Shown piece by piece: positions 25,601 to 38,581 of a stretch of 64,000 nt of DNA. Under the pieces are notes generated by a model that was given only the letters and a program-made list of their open reading frames with translations, had not been told where the DNA came from and made no database searches. Position 1 is the stretch's first letter. Each line of letters starts with the position of its first letter. The stretch spans positions 63,280,738 to 63,344,737 of the forward strand of contig NC_068355.1 in the NCBI RefSeq assembly GCF_020536995.1, in the 5' to 3' direction. Both the position numbers and the translations under genes were made by a program. The stretch is from Dreissena polymorpha (taxonomy: Eukaryota).

Positions 25601-28600
25601 ATAGTGCCGCACTGCTGCCCCAACAAGTAGCTCATAGTGCCGCACTGTTGCCCCCAACAAGTAGCTCATAGTGCCTCACTGCCGCCCCCAACAAGTAGCT
25701 CATAGTGCCGCACTGCCGCCCCAACAAGTAGCTCATAGTGCCGCACTGCCCACCCCCAACAAGTAGCTCATAGTGCCGCACTTGCCACCCCAACAAGTAG
25801 CTCATAGTGCCTCACTGCCACCCCCAACAAGTAGCTCATAGTGCCGCACTTGCCGCCCCAACAAGTAGCTCATAGTGCCTCACTGCCACCCCAACAAGTA
25901 GCTCATAGTGCCGCACTGCCGCCCCAACAAGTAGCTCATAGTGCCTCACTGCCGCCCCAACAAGTAGCTCATAGTGCCGCACTGCCGCCCCAACAAGTAG
26001 CTCATAGTGCCTCACTGCCACCCGAACAAGTAGCTCATAGTGCCTCACTGCCGCCCCAACAAGTAGCTCATAGTGCCTCACTGCCGCCCCAACAAGTAGC
26101 TCATAGTGCCTCACTGCCGCCCCAACAAGTAGCTCATAGTGCCTCACTGCCGCCCCAACAAGTAGCTCATAGTGCCTCACTGCCGCCCCAACAAGTAGCT
26201 CATAGTGCCTCACTGCCGCCCCAACAAGTAGCTCATAGTGCCTCACTGCCGCCCGAACAAGTAGCTCATAGTGCCTCACTGCTGCCCCAACAAGTAGCTC
26301 ATAGTGCCTCACTGCCGCCCGAACAAGTAGCTCATAGTGCCTCACTGCGGCCCCAACAAGTAGCTCATAGTGCCTCACTGCCGCCCCAACAAGTAGCTCA
26401 TAGTGCCTCACTGCCGCCCGAACAAGTAGCTCATAGTGCCTCACTGCTGCCCCAACAAGTAGCTCATAGTGCCTCACTGCCGCCCCAACAAGTAGCTCAT
26501 AGTGCCTCACTGCGGCCCGAGCAAGTAGCTCATAGTGCCTCACTGCTGCCCCAACAAGTAGCTCATAGTGCCTCACTGCCGCCCAAACAAGTAGCTCATA
26601 GTGCCTCACTGCCGCCCCAACAAGTAGCTCATAGTGCCTCACTGCCGCCCCGAACAAGTAGCTCATAGTGCCTCACTGCTGCCCCAACAAGTAGCTCATA
26701 GTGCCTCACTGCCGCCCCAACAAGTAGCTCATAGTGCCGCACTGCCGCCCCAACAAGTAGCTCATAGTGCCTCACTGCCACCCGAACAAGTAGCTCATAG
26801 TGCCTCACTGCCGCCCCAACAAGTAGCTCATAGTGCCTCACTGCCGCCCCAACAAGTAGCTCATAGTGCCTCACTGCCGCCCCAACAAGTAGCTCATAGT
26901 GCCTCACTGCCGCCCCAACAAGTAGCTCATAGTGCCTCACTGTTGCCCCAACAAGTAGCTCATAGTGCCGCACTGCTGCCCCAACAAGTAGCTCTTAGTG
27001 CCGCACTGCCACCCCAACAAGTAGCTCATAGTGCCGCACTGTTGCCCCCAACAAGTAGCTCATAGTGCCTCACTGCCGCCCCAACAAGTAGCTCATAGTG
27101 CCTCACTGCCGCCCCAACAAGTAGCTCATAGTGCCTCACTGCTGCCCCAACAAGAAGCTCATAGTGCCTCACTGCCACCCAACAAGTAGCTCATAGTGCT
27201 GCACTGCTGTCCCAACAAGTAGCTCATAGTGCTGCACTGCTGCCCCAACAAGTAGCTCATAGTGCCGCACTGCCGCCCCAACAAGTAGCTCATAGTGCCG
27301 CACTGTTGCCCCCAACAAGTAGCTCATAGTGCCTCACTGCCGCCCCAACAAGTAGCTCATAGTGCCTCACTGCCACCCGAACAAGTAGCTCATAATGCCT
27401 CACTGCCGCCCCAACAAGTAGCTCATAGTGCCTCACTGCCACCCCAACAAGTAGCTCATAGTGCCTCACTGCCGCCCCAACAAGTAGCTCATAGTGCCTC
27501 ACTGCCGCCCCAACAAGTAGCTCATAGTGCCTCACTGCCACCCCAACAAGTAGCTCATAGTGCTGCACTGTTGCCCCCAACAAGTAGCTCATAGTGCCTC
27601 ACTGCCACCCCAACAAGTAGCTCATAGTGCCTCACTGCCGCCCCCAACAAGTAGCTCATAGTGCCTCACTGCCGCCCCAACAAGTAGCTCATAGTGCCTC
27701 ACTGCCACCCAAACAAGTAGCTCATAGTGCTGCACTGTTGCCCCCAACAAGTAGCTCATAGTGCCGCACTGCCACCCCAACAAGTAGCTCATAGTGCCTC
27801 ACTGCCACCCGAACAAGTAGCTCATAGTGCCTCACTGCCACCCCAACAAGTAGCTCATAGTGCCTCACTGCCGCCCCAACAAGTAGCTCATAGTGCCTCA
27901 CTGCCACCCCAACAAGTAGCTCATAGTGCCTCACTGCCACCCCAACAAGTAGCTCATAGTGCCTCACTGCCGCCCAAACAAGTAGCTCATAGTGCCACAC
28001 TGCCACCCCAACAAGTAGCTCATAGTGCCTCACTGCCGCCCCAACAAGTAGCTCATAGTGCCTCACTGCCGCCCCAACAAGTAGCTCATAGTGCCTCACT
28101 GCCGCCCCAACAAGTAGCTCATAGTGCCTCCTGCCCCCAACAAGTAGCTCATAGTGCCTCTCTGCCACCCCAACAAGTAGCTCATAGTGCCGCACTGCCG
28201 CCCCAACAAGTAGCTCATAGTGCCTCAATGCCACCCGAACAAGTAGCTCATAGTGCCTCACTGCCGCCCTAACAAGTAGCTCATAGTGCCTCACTGCCGC
28301 CCGAACAAGTAGCTCATAGTGCCTCACTGCTGCCCCAACAAGTAGCTCATAGTGCCTCACTGCCGCCCGAACAAGTAGCTCATAGTGCCTCACTGCGGCC
28401 CCAACAAGTAGCTCATAGTGCCTCACTGCCGCCCCAACAAGTAGCTCATAGTGCCTCACTGCCGCCCGAACAAGAAGCTCATAGTGCCTCACTGCTGCCC
28501 CAACAAGTAGCTCATAGTGCCTCACTGCCGCCCCAATAAGTAGCTCATAGTGCCTCACTGCGGCCCGAACAAGTAGCTCATAGTGCCGCACTGTTGCCCC

Positions 28601-29335
28601 AACAAGTAGCTCATAGTGCCTCACTGCCACCCCCAACAAGTAGCTCATAGTGCCGCACTGCCGCCCCAACAAGTAGCTCATAGTGCCTCACTGCCACCCC
28701 AACAAGTAGCTCATAGTGCCGCACTGCCGCCCCAACAAGTAGCTCATAGTACCTCACTGCCACCCCAACAAGTAGCTCATAGTGCCTCACTGCCACCCCA
28801 ACAAGTAGCTCATAGTGCCTCACTGCCACCCCAACAAGTAGCTCATAGTGCCTCACTGCCACCCCAACAAGTAGCTCATAGTGCCTCACTGCCGCCCCAA
28901 CAAGTAGCTAATAGTGCCTCACTGCCGCCCCAACAAGTAGCTCATAGTGCCTCACTGCCACCCAAACAAGTAGCTCATAGTGCTGCACTGTTGCCCCCAA
29001 CAAGTAGCTCATAGTGCCGCACTGCCACCCCAACAAGTAGCTCATAGTGCCTCACTGCCACCCCAACAAGTAGCTCATAGTGCCTCACTGCCACCCCAAC
29101 AAGTAGCTCATAGTGCCTCACTGCCACCCCAACAAGTAGCTCATAGTGCCTCACTGCCACCCCAACAAGTAGCTCATAGTGCCTCACTGCCGCCCCAACA
29201 AGTAGCTCATAGTGCCTCACTGCCGCCCCAACAAGTAGCTCATAGTGCCTCACTGCCACCCGAACAAGTAGCTCATAGTGCCGCACTGCCGCCCCAACAA
29301 GTAGCCCATAGTGCCGCACTGTTGCCCCAACAATT
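19640..29335. repeat. 33-bp satellite megaarray, about 294 units over ~9.7 kb, with S/A and P/L-type variant units, sporadic 34-bp (+C) units, and internal higher-order segmental duplications.
   Basis: Perfect 33-nt periodicity with consensus GTAGCTCATAGTGCCTCACTGCC(A/G)CCCCAACAA. Duplicated blocks include ~23040-23870 versus ~24190-24780, 20220-20470 versus 24050-24300, and 26250-26560 versus 28290-28600. A more degenerate zone lies at 25500-25860. Confidence 0.95.
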
Positions 29336-30025
29336 TGCTGCCCTAGGCCTCTGCCTGGCTTGCTAAGTGGTTAGACTGGGCCTGTCTTTAATATACATGT
29401 TACATAGAGTTTAGGTTACTGTCATTACTTATTCATAGATTTGAACTGTAGAAGGTTGACCATTACCGTTCGATGTGATTAAGGTAAAACATGTTTTTTT
29501 TAATCTGTAGTTAAGCAAGAGGAATGGTGACTGTGCTTCAAAAGCCACAACATGAATTGCATGTCCATGGTGTGGGTGAAGTTCATGTTCTTACACCTGT
29601 CCTACTTTTACTGTGCTTATTGAAAAATAAAAGTAATTTACATTACTCTGTACAATATTTCCTTGTTCTTGCTATGAGAAAACCCACAGAATGAGGACAA
29701 TTTATTTTGCTATCCCTGTGTTTGTGAATGCCATGGATACAACACTACACTACACATGTTAATGGGACCTATTCATGTTTTGATAAATTGACAAAAATTG
29801 TTTTTGAAATTATGTTTTTGCAAGGAAATAGTAGCACTGAACATTAACTATGCTGTAAACTATCCATTATATGCATCTTTTGACAATTTAAAAATATGAA
29901 AATTTTAAAGCGTTACAAATGTGAAACGATTGAATTAGCCGTTTTGTTGTTATCGTTTTATTTGTAACATTATGAGGATTGTGCATATAAAGTATAGAAT
30001 ACCTCTGTGATTATATCAGAACAGC

Positions 30026-30530
30026 TTGCCGAGTGGTTTAAGCCCTATAAGACTTTTACTCCAAGTGTCTGTGGTTCGAGCCCAGGTGTGGATGACTTTT
30101 TATGCCCCCAGATCGAAAGATCGGGGGTATATTGTTTTTGGCCTGTCTGTCATTGTATGTGTGTGTGTGTCCCTAAACGTTAACCTTGGTTATAACTTTT
30201 GCAATATTCAAGATAGCAACTTGATATTTGGCATGACTGTGTATCTCATGGAGCTGCACATTTTGAGTGGTGAAAGGTCAAGGTCATCCTTCAAGGTCAA
30301 AGGTCAAAAAAACTAATTTAAAAACTTTAACCAAAACTTAAACCTTCTTCATTACTTTTGCAATATTGACGATAGCAACTTGATATTTGGCATGCATGTG
30401 TATCTCATGGAGCTGCAAATTTTGAGTGGTGAAAGGTCAAGGTCATCCTTCAAGGTCAAAGGTCAAATTTATGGCTTCAAAGCGGCGCAATAGGGGGCAT
30501 TGTGTTTCTGACAAACACATAACTTGTTTT
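30026..30530 (+). mobile_element. Composite SINE/MITE/Helentron-like element: tRNA-like head, hairpin, (TG)n, two ~160-bp satellite-like repeats and a conserved tail.
   Basis: 30030-30100 reads GCCGAGTGGTTTAAGCCC...GTGGTTCGAGCCCAGG, tRNA-like. Then TTTATGCCCCCagatcgaaagatcGGGGGTATAT. The core repeats ttgaagatagcaacttgatatttggcatg...ggtcaaggtcatccttcaaggtcaaaggtcaaa lie at 30196-30300 and 30356-30470. The tail is caaagcggcgcaatagggggcattgtgtttctgacaaacacataacttgtt. Confidence 0.6.
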
Positions 30531-30843
30531 TCTTTCTTTACCTTTATTTTTGTTTTATTCTGGCACTCTTTAATTTCATTGTTCACATTTATCAATTTAA
30601 AACATTTAATGGCAAATTTTGAAACAGGCCTGTGAAAAAGTCCCTTAAAATGTTTAATTGGTCTTGCCCAAAATCATAGATTTATATTGACAGGCCTGTT
30701 TCATTATATGCTTTAAAGCAATAATATGAGAATCATTTGATGGCCAAACTTCCGATTTTCTACATGCTTTAAAGCTGAGACTTAGTAATTGACAAGTCCA
30801 AGGAGTACAGATTTTAAATCTTTATTTCCAGTAAATCATTACC

Positions 30844-30983
30844 ATGGCAACTACAGGCAAGAAAGAATCTGAGTCGCTGATTCGTATCCCCCCATATTAT
30901 TACATCCATGTCCTTGACCAGAACAAGAATGTCACGAGACTGGAGATTGGGCCCAACACCTTTATCAGACAGGACCATGAGAG
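30844..30983 (+). CDS. MVP: Major vault protein, exon 1: [46 protein letters not shown], ending in phase 2.
   Basis: The N-terminus is highly similar to vertebrate MVP ([35 protein letters not shown]). The donor is GAG|GTGAGT. Confidence 0.93.
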
Positions 30984-31164
30984 GTGAGTTTGTGCAGAAA
31001 TAGTCATAGTTACTTCAACATTGATATGCCTCCCAGTAGGGTGGCATATAGCAGTCGCACTGTCTCTCTTCTTCAACACTTTCAGATATTGACTTGATAT
31101 TTGTTGCATGAGTCTACCTACATGACCTACAGATGAACTGTGAGTTTGTTTCTCATCTGTTGAT

Positions 31165-32035
31165 TTTTTATGTCCCCCACTATAGTAGTGGAAGACATAT
31201 TGTTTTTGCCCTGTCTGTTGGTCTGTTTGTTGGTTGGTCTGTTGGTTGGTTGGTTGGTTTGCGCCAACTTTAACATTTGCAATAACTTTTGCAATATTGA
31301 AGATAGCAACTTGATATTAAGCATGCAAATGTATCTCATGGAGCTGCACATTTTGAGTGGTGAAAGGTCAAGGTCAAGGTCATCCTTCAAGGTCAGAGGT
31401 CAAATATATGGGTCAAAATGGCTCATTTAATGTACACTTTTGCAGTATTTCAATATTCAAGATAGCAACTTGATATTTATCATGCATGTGTATCTCATGG
31501 AGCTGCACATTTTTAGTGGTGAAAGGTCAAGGTCATCCTTCAAGGTCAGATGTAAAATATATGTGGCCAAAATCGCTCATTCTATCAGACCTTTTGCAAT
31601 ATTGAAGATAGCAACTTGATATTTGGCATGCATGTGTATCTCATGGAGCTGCACATTTTGAGTGGTGAAAGGTCAAGGTCATCCTTCAAGGTCAGAGGTC
31701 AAATATATGTGGCCCAAATCGCTTATTTTATGAATACTTTTGCAATATTGAAGATAGCATCTTGATATTTGGCATGCATGTGTATCTCATGGAGCTGCAC
31801 ATTTTGAGTGGTGAAAGGTCAAGGTCATCCTTCAATGTCAAATATATGGGTCAAAATTGCTCATGTAATGTCACTTCTGCAATATTGAAGCTAGCAATTT
31901 TATATTTGAAATGCATGTGTATCTCATGAAGCTGCACATTTTGAGTGGTGAAGGGTCAAGGTCAAGGTCATCCTTCAAGGTCAAACGTCATATAGGGGAC
32001 ATTGTGTTTCACAAACGCATCTTGTTGGCTAAGTT
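31165..32035 (+). mobile_element. Hairpin-(GTCT)n-satellite element with five ~150-bp internal repeats, inside MVP intron 1.
   Basis: Head ttttatgtcccccactatagtagtggaagacatattgtttttgccctgtctgttggtctgtttg. Core repeats ttgaagatagcaacttgatat...ggtcagaggtcaaatatatg are at ~31290, 31440, 31590, 31745 and 31870. Tail ggggacattgtgtttcacaaacgcatcttgtt. Confidence 0.6.
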
Positions 32036-32284
32036 ATAGGCATTGGACATTTATTAAATTTTCTCTATATTAACAGTTTTCAGGATTTTTTTTCCAAAAG
32101 GCCTTTAGATATTTAGCTGATTTTTGATGTGTAAGTCTACGTAGTGGACTTTTATTAAATGTTCTTTTCATGAACAGATTTCAGGAGTTGTTTTTAGATA
32201 TTTAGCTGATTTTTGGTATGTAAGTCTACCTATATGGTAGAGTGTTAGTGTGTAGTGCGAGTTTTGTTCCAATCCATTCATTTT

Positions 32285-35200
32285 TAGCTCATGTTTTTTT
32301 TTTTTTTAAATGAGCTATTGTCATCATCTTGGCGTCGGCGTTGGTGTTGGCGTCCGGTTAAGTTTTGCGTTAAGGTCCACTTTTCTCATAAAGTATCAAT
32401 GCTATTGCATTCAAACTTGGTACACTTACTTACTATCATGAGGGGACTAGGCAGGCAAAGTTAGATAACTCTGGCTTGCATTTTGACAGAATTATGTGCC
32501 CTTTTTATACTTAGACAATTGAAAATTTTGGTTAAGTTTTGTGTTTAGGTCCATTTTATTCCTTAAGTATCAAAGCTATTGCTTTCATACTTGCAACACT
32601 TACTTACTATCATTAGGGGACTGTGCAGGCAAATTTATGTAACTATGACTAGCATTTTGACAGAATTATGTGCCCTTTTTATACTTAGAAAATTGAAAAT
32701 TTTGTTAAGTTTTGTGTTTAGGTCCACTTTTTTTCTATAGTATCAAAGCTATTGCTTTCATACTTGCAACACTTACTAACTATCGTAAGGGGACTGTGCA
32801 GGCAAAGGTCATTCTTCAAGGTAAAAAAAAATATATAATTTTCAAAGCAGCGTTCTCACAAAGCTGCACATTTTGAGTGGTGGAAGTTCAATATCAAGGT
32901 CATCCTTCAAGGTCAAGGTCATCCTTCAAGGTTAAAGGTAAAAAAATAAAAATTCTAAAGCGACGTTCTCATGAAGCTGCACATTTTGAGTGGTGGAAGT
33001 TCAAGGTCAAGGTCATCCTTCAAGGTCAAGGTCATCCTTCAAGGTCAAAGGTCCAATTTTTTTTATTTCAAAGCGGCGTTCTCATAAAGCTGCACATTTT
33101 GAGTGGTGGGAGTTGATGGTCAAGGTCATCCTTCAAGGTAAAAGGTAAAATAAACAATTTTTTTTTTTTCAAAGCGGCGCAATAGGGGGCATTGTGTTTC
33201 TGACGAACACATCTCTTGTTTTTTTTAAAACATTGTTAAAAAAAATAAATATTTATTTTTATTATTTTATTTTTGAAATAGTGTCCAACCATCCCACCCA
33301 AGAATCCCCCCCCCCCAATTTTTTTTTATGCCCCCTTTCGAAGAAGAAGGGGTATATTGCTTTGCTCATGTAGGTCGGTCTGTCGGTCGGTCGGTCCGTC
33401 CACCAGGTGGTTTCCGGATGATAACTCGAGAATGCTTGGGCCTAGGATCATGAAACTTCATAGGTACATTGATCATGACTCGCAGATGACCTCTATTGAT
33501 TTTGAGGTCACTAGGTCAAGGTCATGGTGACCCGTAATAGTAAAATGGTTTTTGGATGATAACTCAAGAATGCATACATGGCCAACAGGGAGAACTCTGA
33601 ACAATATAACTGAAGCAACTGGTCTGTAATCCTAAATCTATAATTATCAGTCCAATGAAACATAATCCTTTGAGTAAAATAAAGTGGATCAGTAAAAATA
33701 TTATCAGAATATGAGATTTTTTGTATATTTTGTATATTAAATATTGTGTTAATGTTAAATTTTGTTGATTAATATAAATATAAGCAGGACAGGGGAGGTA
33801 ATACACTATTATATCTTTCTTATATACAGGGGAAACAAATGCAATAAGTTTAAATTTCATGTTTAATGAATAGAGGATATTTATCATGTCAGTGTGAGAT
33901 CATTTGTTATTTTTTAGGATCACATTTTATTATTACTTTGACAAAACAACACTTACCTGAATACCACAATGGATTCCATCCAACAATACCCCACGCCCCT
34001 ACCAGAATCCCTTCCCTCCCCCCAACCTCAACTCCCCCCCCCCAATTTTTTTTGTAAACATCATCAAATAAATTACCACAACCCCACATTTTACCCCCCT
34101 CTCACCACCTTCCCCCCTACCCACCCCCCCACACCCCCTTCCCCCCACCCCCCCCAATTTTTTTTAAACATCTAATAAATAAACCCCCCCCCCCACATTA
34201 TACCCCCCTCTCACTCCCCCCGACCCCCCCTACCCCCCAATTTTTTTTAAACATTTAATAAATTACCACTCCCCACATTATTCCCCTCTCACTCCCCCCC
34301 TACCCCCCTACCCCCCACCCCCCCCCCATTTTTTTTTAAAACATTTTCTAAATAACCCCACCCTACATTATTACCCCCTCTCACCCCCCACCCCCTACCC
34401 CCCCTAATTTTTTTTTTAAGCATCTTATAAATTACTACACCCCACATTATACCCCCCTCTCACCCCCCCACCCCCCACCCCCCCCCAATTTTTTTTTTAA
34501 ACATCGGATAAATTACCCCACCCTACATTATTACCCCCTCTCACCCCCCTACCCCCCCCCCAACCCACCCCCCCCAATTTTTTTTTTAAACATCTTATAA
34601 ATTACCCCACCCCACATTACACCCCCCTCTCACCCCAACCCCCCTTACCCCCCCAACCCCACCCCCCCCAAAAAAATTCTTTTTTAACATCTAATAAATT
34701 ACCACACCCCACATTATACCCCCCTCTCACCCCCCTACTCCTACCCCTACCCCCCCCCCCCCAGCCCCCCCAGCCCCTTCCCCCATTTTTTTTTAACAAT
34801 CTAATAAACTACCACACCCAACATTATACCCCCCTCTCACTCCCCCCCTACCCACCTACCCCCCCCCCCACGGCCCCCCCCCCCCCCATTTTTTTTTTTT
34901 AAACAACTTTTAAATTACCACACCCCACATTATACCCCCCTCTCACTCCCCCCTTGATCATGACTGGCAGATGACCCCTATTGATTTTCAGGTCACTAGG
35001 TCAAAGGTCAAGGTCACAGTGACTCGAAATAGAACAATGGTTTCCGGATGATAACTTACAAAAGGTCAAGGTCACAGTGACAAAAAACGTATTCACACAA
35101 CGGCTGCCACTGCAACTGACAGCCCATATGGGGGTTTGCATGTTTTACAAACAGCCCTTGTTTTATTTTTTTCTGCATTTTTGGAAGATACTGTAATAAA

Positions 35201-35300
35201 TGACCACACCCCCACACTATACACCCCTCTCCACCCCTTCCTCCTTTGTGATTGAAATTGAGAAAGGTCCCTACACCTTTAAAAAGAAAAATAGATGAGC
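32285..35300 (+). mobile_element. Composite repeat block in MVP intron 1. It is paralogous to 48935-51290 and ends in inverted AGCTCAT...ATGAGC(T/G) motifs.
   Basis: Head tttttagctcatg(t)naaatgagctattgtcatcatcttggcgtcggcgttggtgttggcg. Three ~175-bp repeats at 32340-32820. Three ~115-bp ctgcacattttgagtggtggaagttcaaggtcaaggtcatccttcaagg repeats at 32850-33170. The tail element is followed by a nested ggtttccggatgataactc element at 33330-33590 and a C-rich array. The end is ...aaaaatagatgagcggtctg, as at 51270. Confidence 0.5.
33900..34960. repeat. C-rich tandem array, about 9 copies of ~120 bp (aaacatcttataaattaccacaccccacattatacccccctctcaccccc...cccccaattttttttt).
   Basis: Direct reading. Strong strand asymmetry, with poly-C on + and poly-G on -. 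Shorter copies of the same motif lie at 49890-50080, 51100-51230, 55290-55470 and 57940-58010. Confidence 0.7.
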
Positions 35301-36440
35301 GGTCTGAAAAAAATTCTTGTCCCCCCAACTACTGTGCCCTCAAGACGTTTCCTTTTATCTGAATATATAGTGCAATATTGTGACAAAAAAAAACTTTGGG
35401 GAGCATCACCCGTCTCCGACGGTTTCTTGTTTATCTAGTGAGAGCGTTAGCAAGATGTTGTGTAGATAAACAATTGATTGTGTATACACCTTGTTATGAA
35501 AATTCCTTGCTATGGCCCAACACCTTCATTTTACAAGACAATAAAAAGTAAGCTGTGAACCAGGGAAAACATGCGACATGCCAAGGTTGGTGTCCTTTTA
35601 CAGCAAGGGCCCTTACTTACAACATGTAGTTTACCTTTAACACTGATCTTACTCTAGGAGTATGTATTCCATGGACATGAAGTATTTTCATCAAAATATC
35701 AACAATTTTTCCTTAAATAATAAGGACAAATCATCGCAAATGTGTAAAAAAAAACCTGCATACGGTCAATCAATCATTTTTTGTGTACATGTACATATTG
35801 AGTCTGAAACAGTTGTATCCATTTCTTACAAAGACAAGTTTGAAGTTGATGCAGCAGTCTCACCTTTAACTCACTGTTCTAGAGCAGATAGTGTGAAACC
35901 CTTTATTTTTTTCCAGCATGAAATCACAGTTAAAAAACACTATTTCCTAAGGATATGAATTCAGCATTTCCTGATTAAAAAAAAGAAAAGAACTTGTGAC
36001 AGTCATTTTCAGATTTGTTTGAAATACTTGTCTGAGATCAAAGAAGTGGCAATAAATCACGGTAGGGAGAAATGATAACTTGGGAACCACTTTTAGGAGG
36101 TGGGCCATGTTTATCACAAGTCAATATAATGGCCTTTTGTTATCAGGTTATAGTTACTGGCCCTACTTATTGTTTGCTAATTAACTAGTTGATCATATTG
36201 ATTAGTAGTACAATGTATTAGTAGATATGAGGCAGTCCTACGTGTAACTTTATTCTCTATATCAAAGATACTGGACCTGTTCCGAAAAGGGTGTAAAGCA
36301 ATCAATGTTGTTTTATTGCAAGCATGAAAATTTCCGTTTAGATCCGATAACTTGCAGAGAAAATACGAGAAATACTCTTTATGAATATCTCTATCCCTCT
36401 GTGTTGGGTTGTTCAATTATTTTTTTTCCCACGGTTGAAG

Positions 36441-36636
36441 GGTTGTTGTGGGCCCAGATAAGATGATCACGGTTCCGCCGAGGAACTACTGCGTGATTGA
36501 GAACCCCATAATACGTGACAAGGACAACAAGGTCGTACTTGATGGCAACGGCCAAGTACGTCTGCTGCACGCTGACCAGGAGATACGCCTTGCCCAGGAC
36601 CCATTTCCCCTCTACCCCGGGGAGGTACTCAAACAG
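36441..36636 (+). CDS. MVP: MVP exon 2: (R)[65 protein letters not shown].
   Basis: Acceptor ttgaag|G. Conserved MVP repeat-1 residues VPPRHYC...[27 protein letters not shown]. Donor CAG|GTAACT. Confidence 0.93.
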
Positions 36637-37750
36637 GTAACTCCATGGCAACTGTTTTTCTACTGATAAGTAGCACCCTTCTCCCTGCAAAATCCAATGC
36701 AATCGTAATTAAATTGTTTTTTAAATAGTTGTTCTGTAAATGTTACAGAAATACATGATTTACTATTACAGGTACTCCTAGACTCAGGGCTATAGATAAC
36801 AAGCGTACGTGCGTTATTACGCAATTAAAATAACCAAAAACGTAATTAAATTCAAAATAAAGCGTACAAATACAAATTTAATAACGTAATTCCCGTAAAA
36901 AAAACTTGCGTCATGAAACGCAATTCTTAAGAATACCGGGCGTATTTTTTAGACTGGTTATTTTCCGTATAAAAATGTACCGCATAGTTTTTATGCCGTC
37001 CAATGAAGAAAAGCGGTTATCAATCTTTGAGGTAGTATTGTAATTATTCGTAGACCGTCCGCTTTCTCATTTCATTTTCAAGGTATTCATCTCAAAATGA
37101 CCCGGAAACGGGGTACATCGCTTTGAACAGCCATAACTTTCTAGAACTCGGTCTTGTTCAACGCAAAAATGAATGAACTTTGAAAGGGAATTCAGTAATT
37201 GTTGTTATGTAAAGGTACCTTTTTAAATTCCTTTTGTATAAATAATATAGTAACCTTAGAAGATTTTTTATTTTTTTATATATGTAATTCCCTACATTAC
37301 CCAATTGAGTTAAAAAACCGGGAGTGAAAAACCCAATTAAGCTCAAAATTAGGGGGTGAAAATTTTTGCTAAAACTCTATTGAATTTTCAAAAACCCTAT
37401 TGTTGTCAAAAACAGGGGGTAAATCACCCGATTACCCCAAAAGTTATCTATAGCCCTGCCTAGACTGTTTTAAATTCATAAGTATTTTTAAAAAATAATT
37501 CAATAAGACCCATCCTTATTGACAGGGTGAAATATGGTGTCGTACTTTTTACGACATTGTAGAATAAATTTAAATGAAGTTTGCAATAAAAAATTTAATG
37601 ATCAAAATTAGTTAACAAACTAGAACTTTTTATATAATTTATTATAAATTTAATTAAGCTAAACATTTTTTTTTAAATATTTATGAAACAGCCTACTTTC
37701 ATGTCCTAATGTGTAAAAAAGGCATAAAATGGCAAATTATTCTATTTCAG

Positions 37751-37874
37751 GCTGTCACACCCCTAAAAGTGGTTGCCCCCAACACAGCCTTGAGACTTCG
37801 CTCTATTCTTGACTTTGAAGATGAGACGGGCGAGAAGAGAACAGCTGGGGATGAATGGCTTTTTGAGGGACCAG
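37751..37874 (+). CDS. MVP: MVP exon 3: [41 protein letters not shown].
   Basis: Acceptor tatttcag|GCT. Conserved ...[10 protein letters not shown]. Donor CAG|GTAGGG. Confidence 0.9.
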
Positions 37875-38581
37875 GTAGGGGCAACACACACTTTCATCAA
37901 GGCACTTTCAGGGTAAAATATGCATTAACTGAAACGGCGAACAAGCCTGAATCAGTTTGCAACTTATAGACAACAAATGACATTGTCGCAAGTCTGAATG
38001 CAATACTGATTTAAAAATGCTTTTTTAGATGTCAGGCTTTTCATAATCATGAAGACGGGCTTTATTAAGATTTATTTTGGACAGAATAAGTTTTATGATT
38101 CCGTGTTTCTGCACATTACAAATGATTGGACACATCATTCTCAAACAATAAAAATGCTGATTAATACAATTTGAAATTAATTGTAACCAATAACCAATAA
38201 CTAAGAAAAACGTTTTGTGAATAATCTTTATTCTTACTGTTTACATAAAAAAGTCAATATTACTACAACTAACAAGATTTTTACTGCACAAGAACCACAA
38301 CTAATGATTCCATGATTGTGAGTTAATTGACCTTTCTTAACATTCTTTTACATATTTGTCTAGGGCTTCACTCCTACTTACATATTAAAATATTTTCCTC
38401 TAAAAATACTAACAAATTCTTAAAACCAAACAAGTATTTTTTGTTTTTAATAGTTGTTTTCATGTTAATTTTTTTAAGTTGACAATTTTTTTTCATTTTT
38501 ATTAAATGTTTTTAAGTTCAATATTTAATGATTCAGTCCTTGAAGTAATAAAACATGTAACACAATTTCTTTCCAAACAGC

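Noticed and set aside
18135-29335. Possible CRISPR array, given the regular short direct repeats
   Set aside because: The units are contiguous with no spacers. The context is eukaryotic, with spliced MVP, LINEs and hAT. No cas genes are present.
19517-29366. Very long ORFs on both strands (up to 793 aa) through the 33-bp satellite, encoding QQVAHSASLPP or RHYELLVGAAV repeats
   Set aside because: They exist only because the 33-nt unit is stop-free in two frames per strand. ORFs are open symmetrically on both strands and are terminated only where single-base indels shift frame. There is no start context or unique N- or C-terminus. Satellite DNA is the parsimonious reading.
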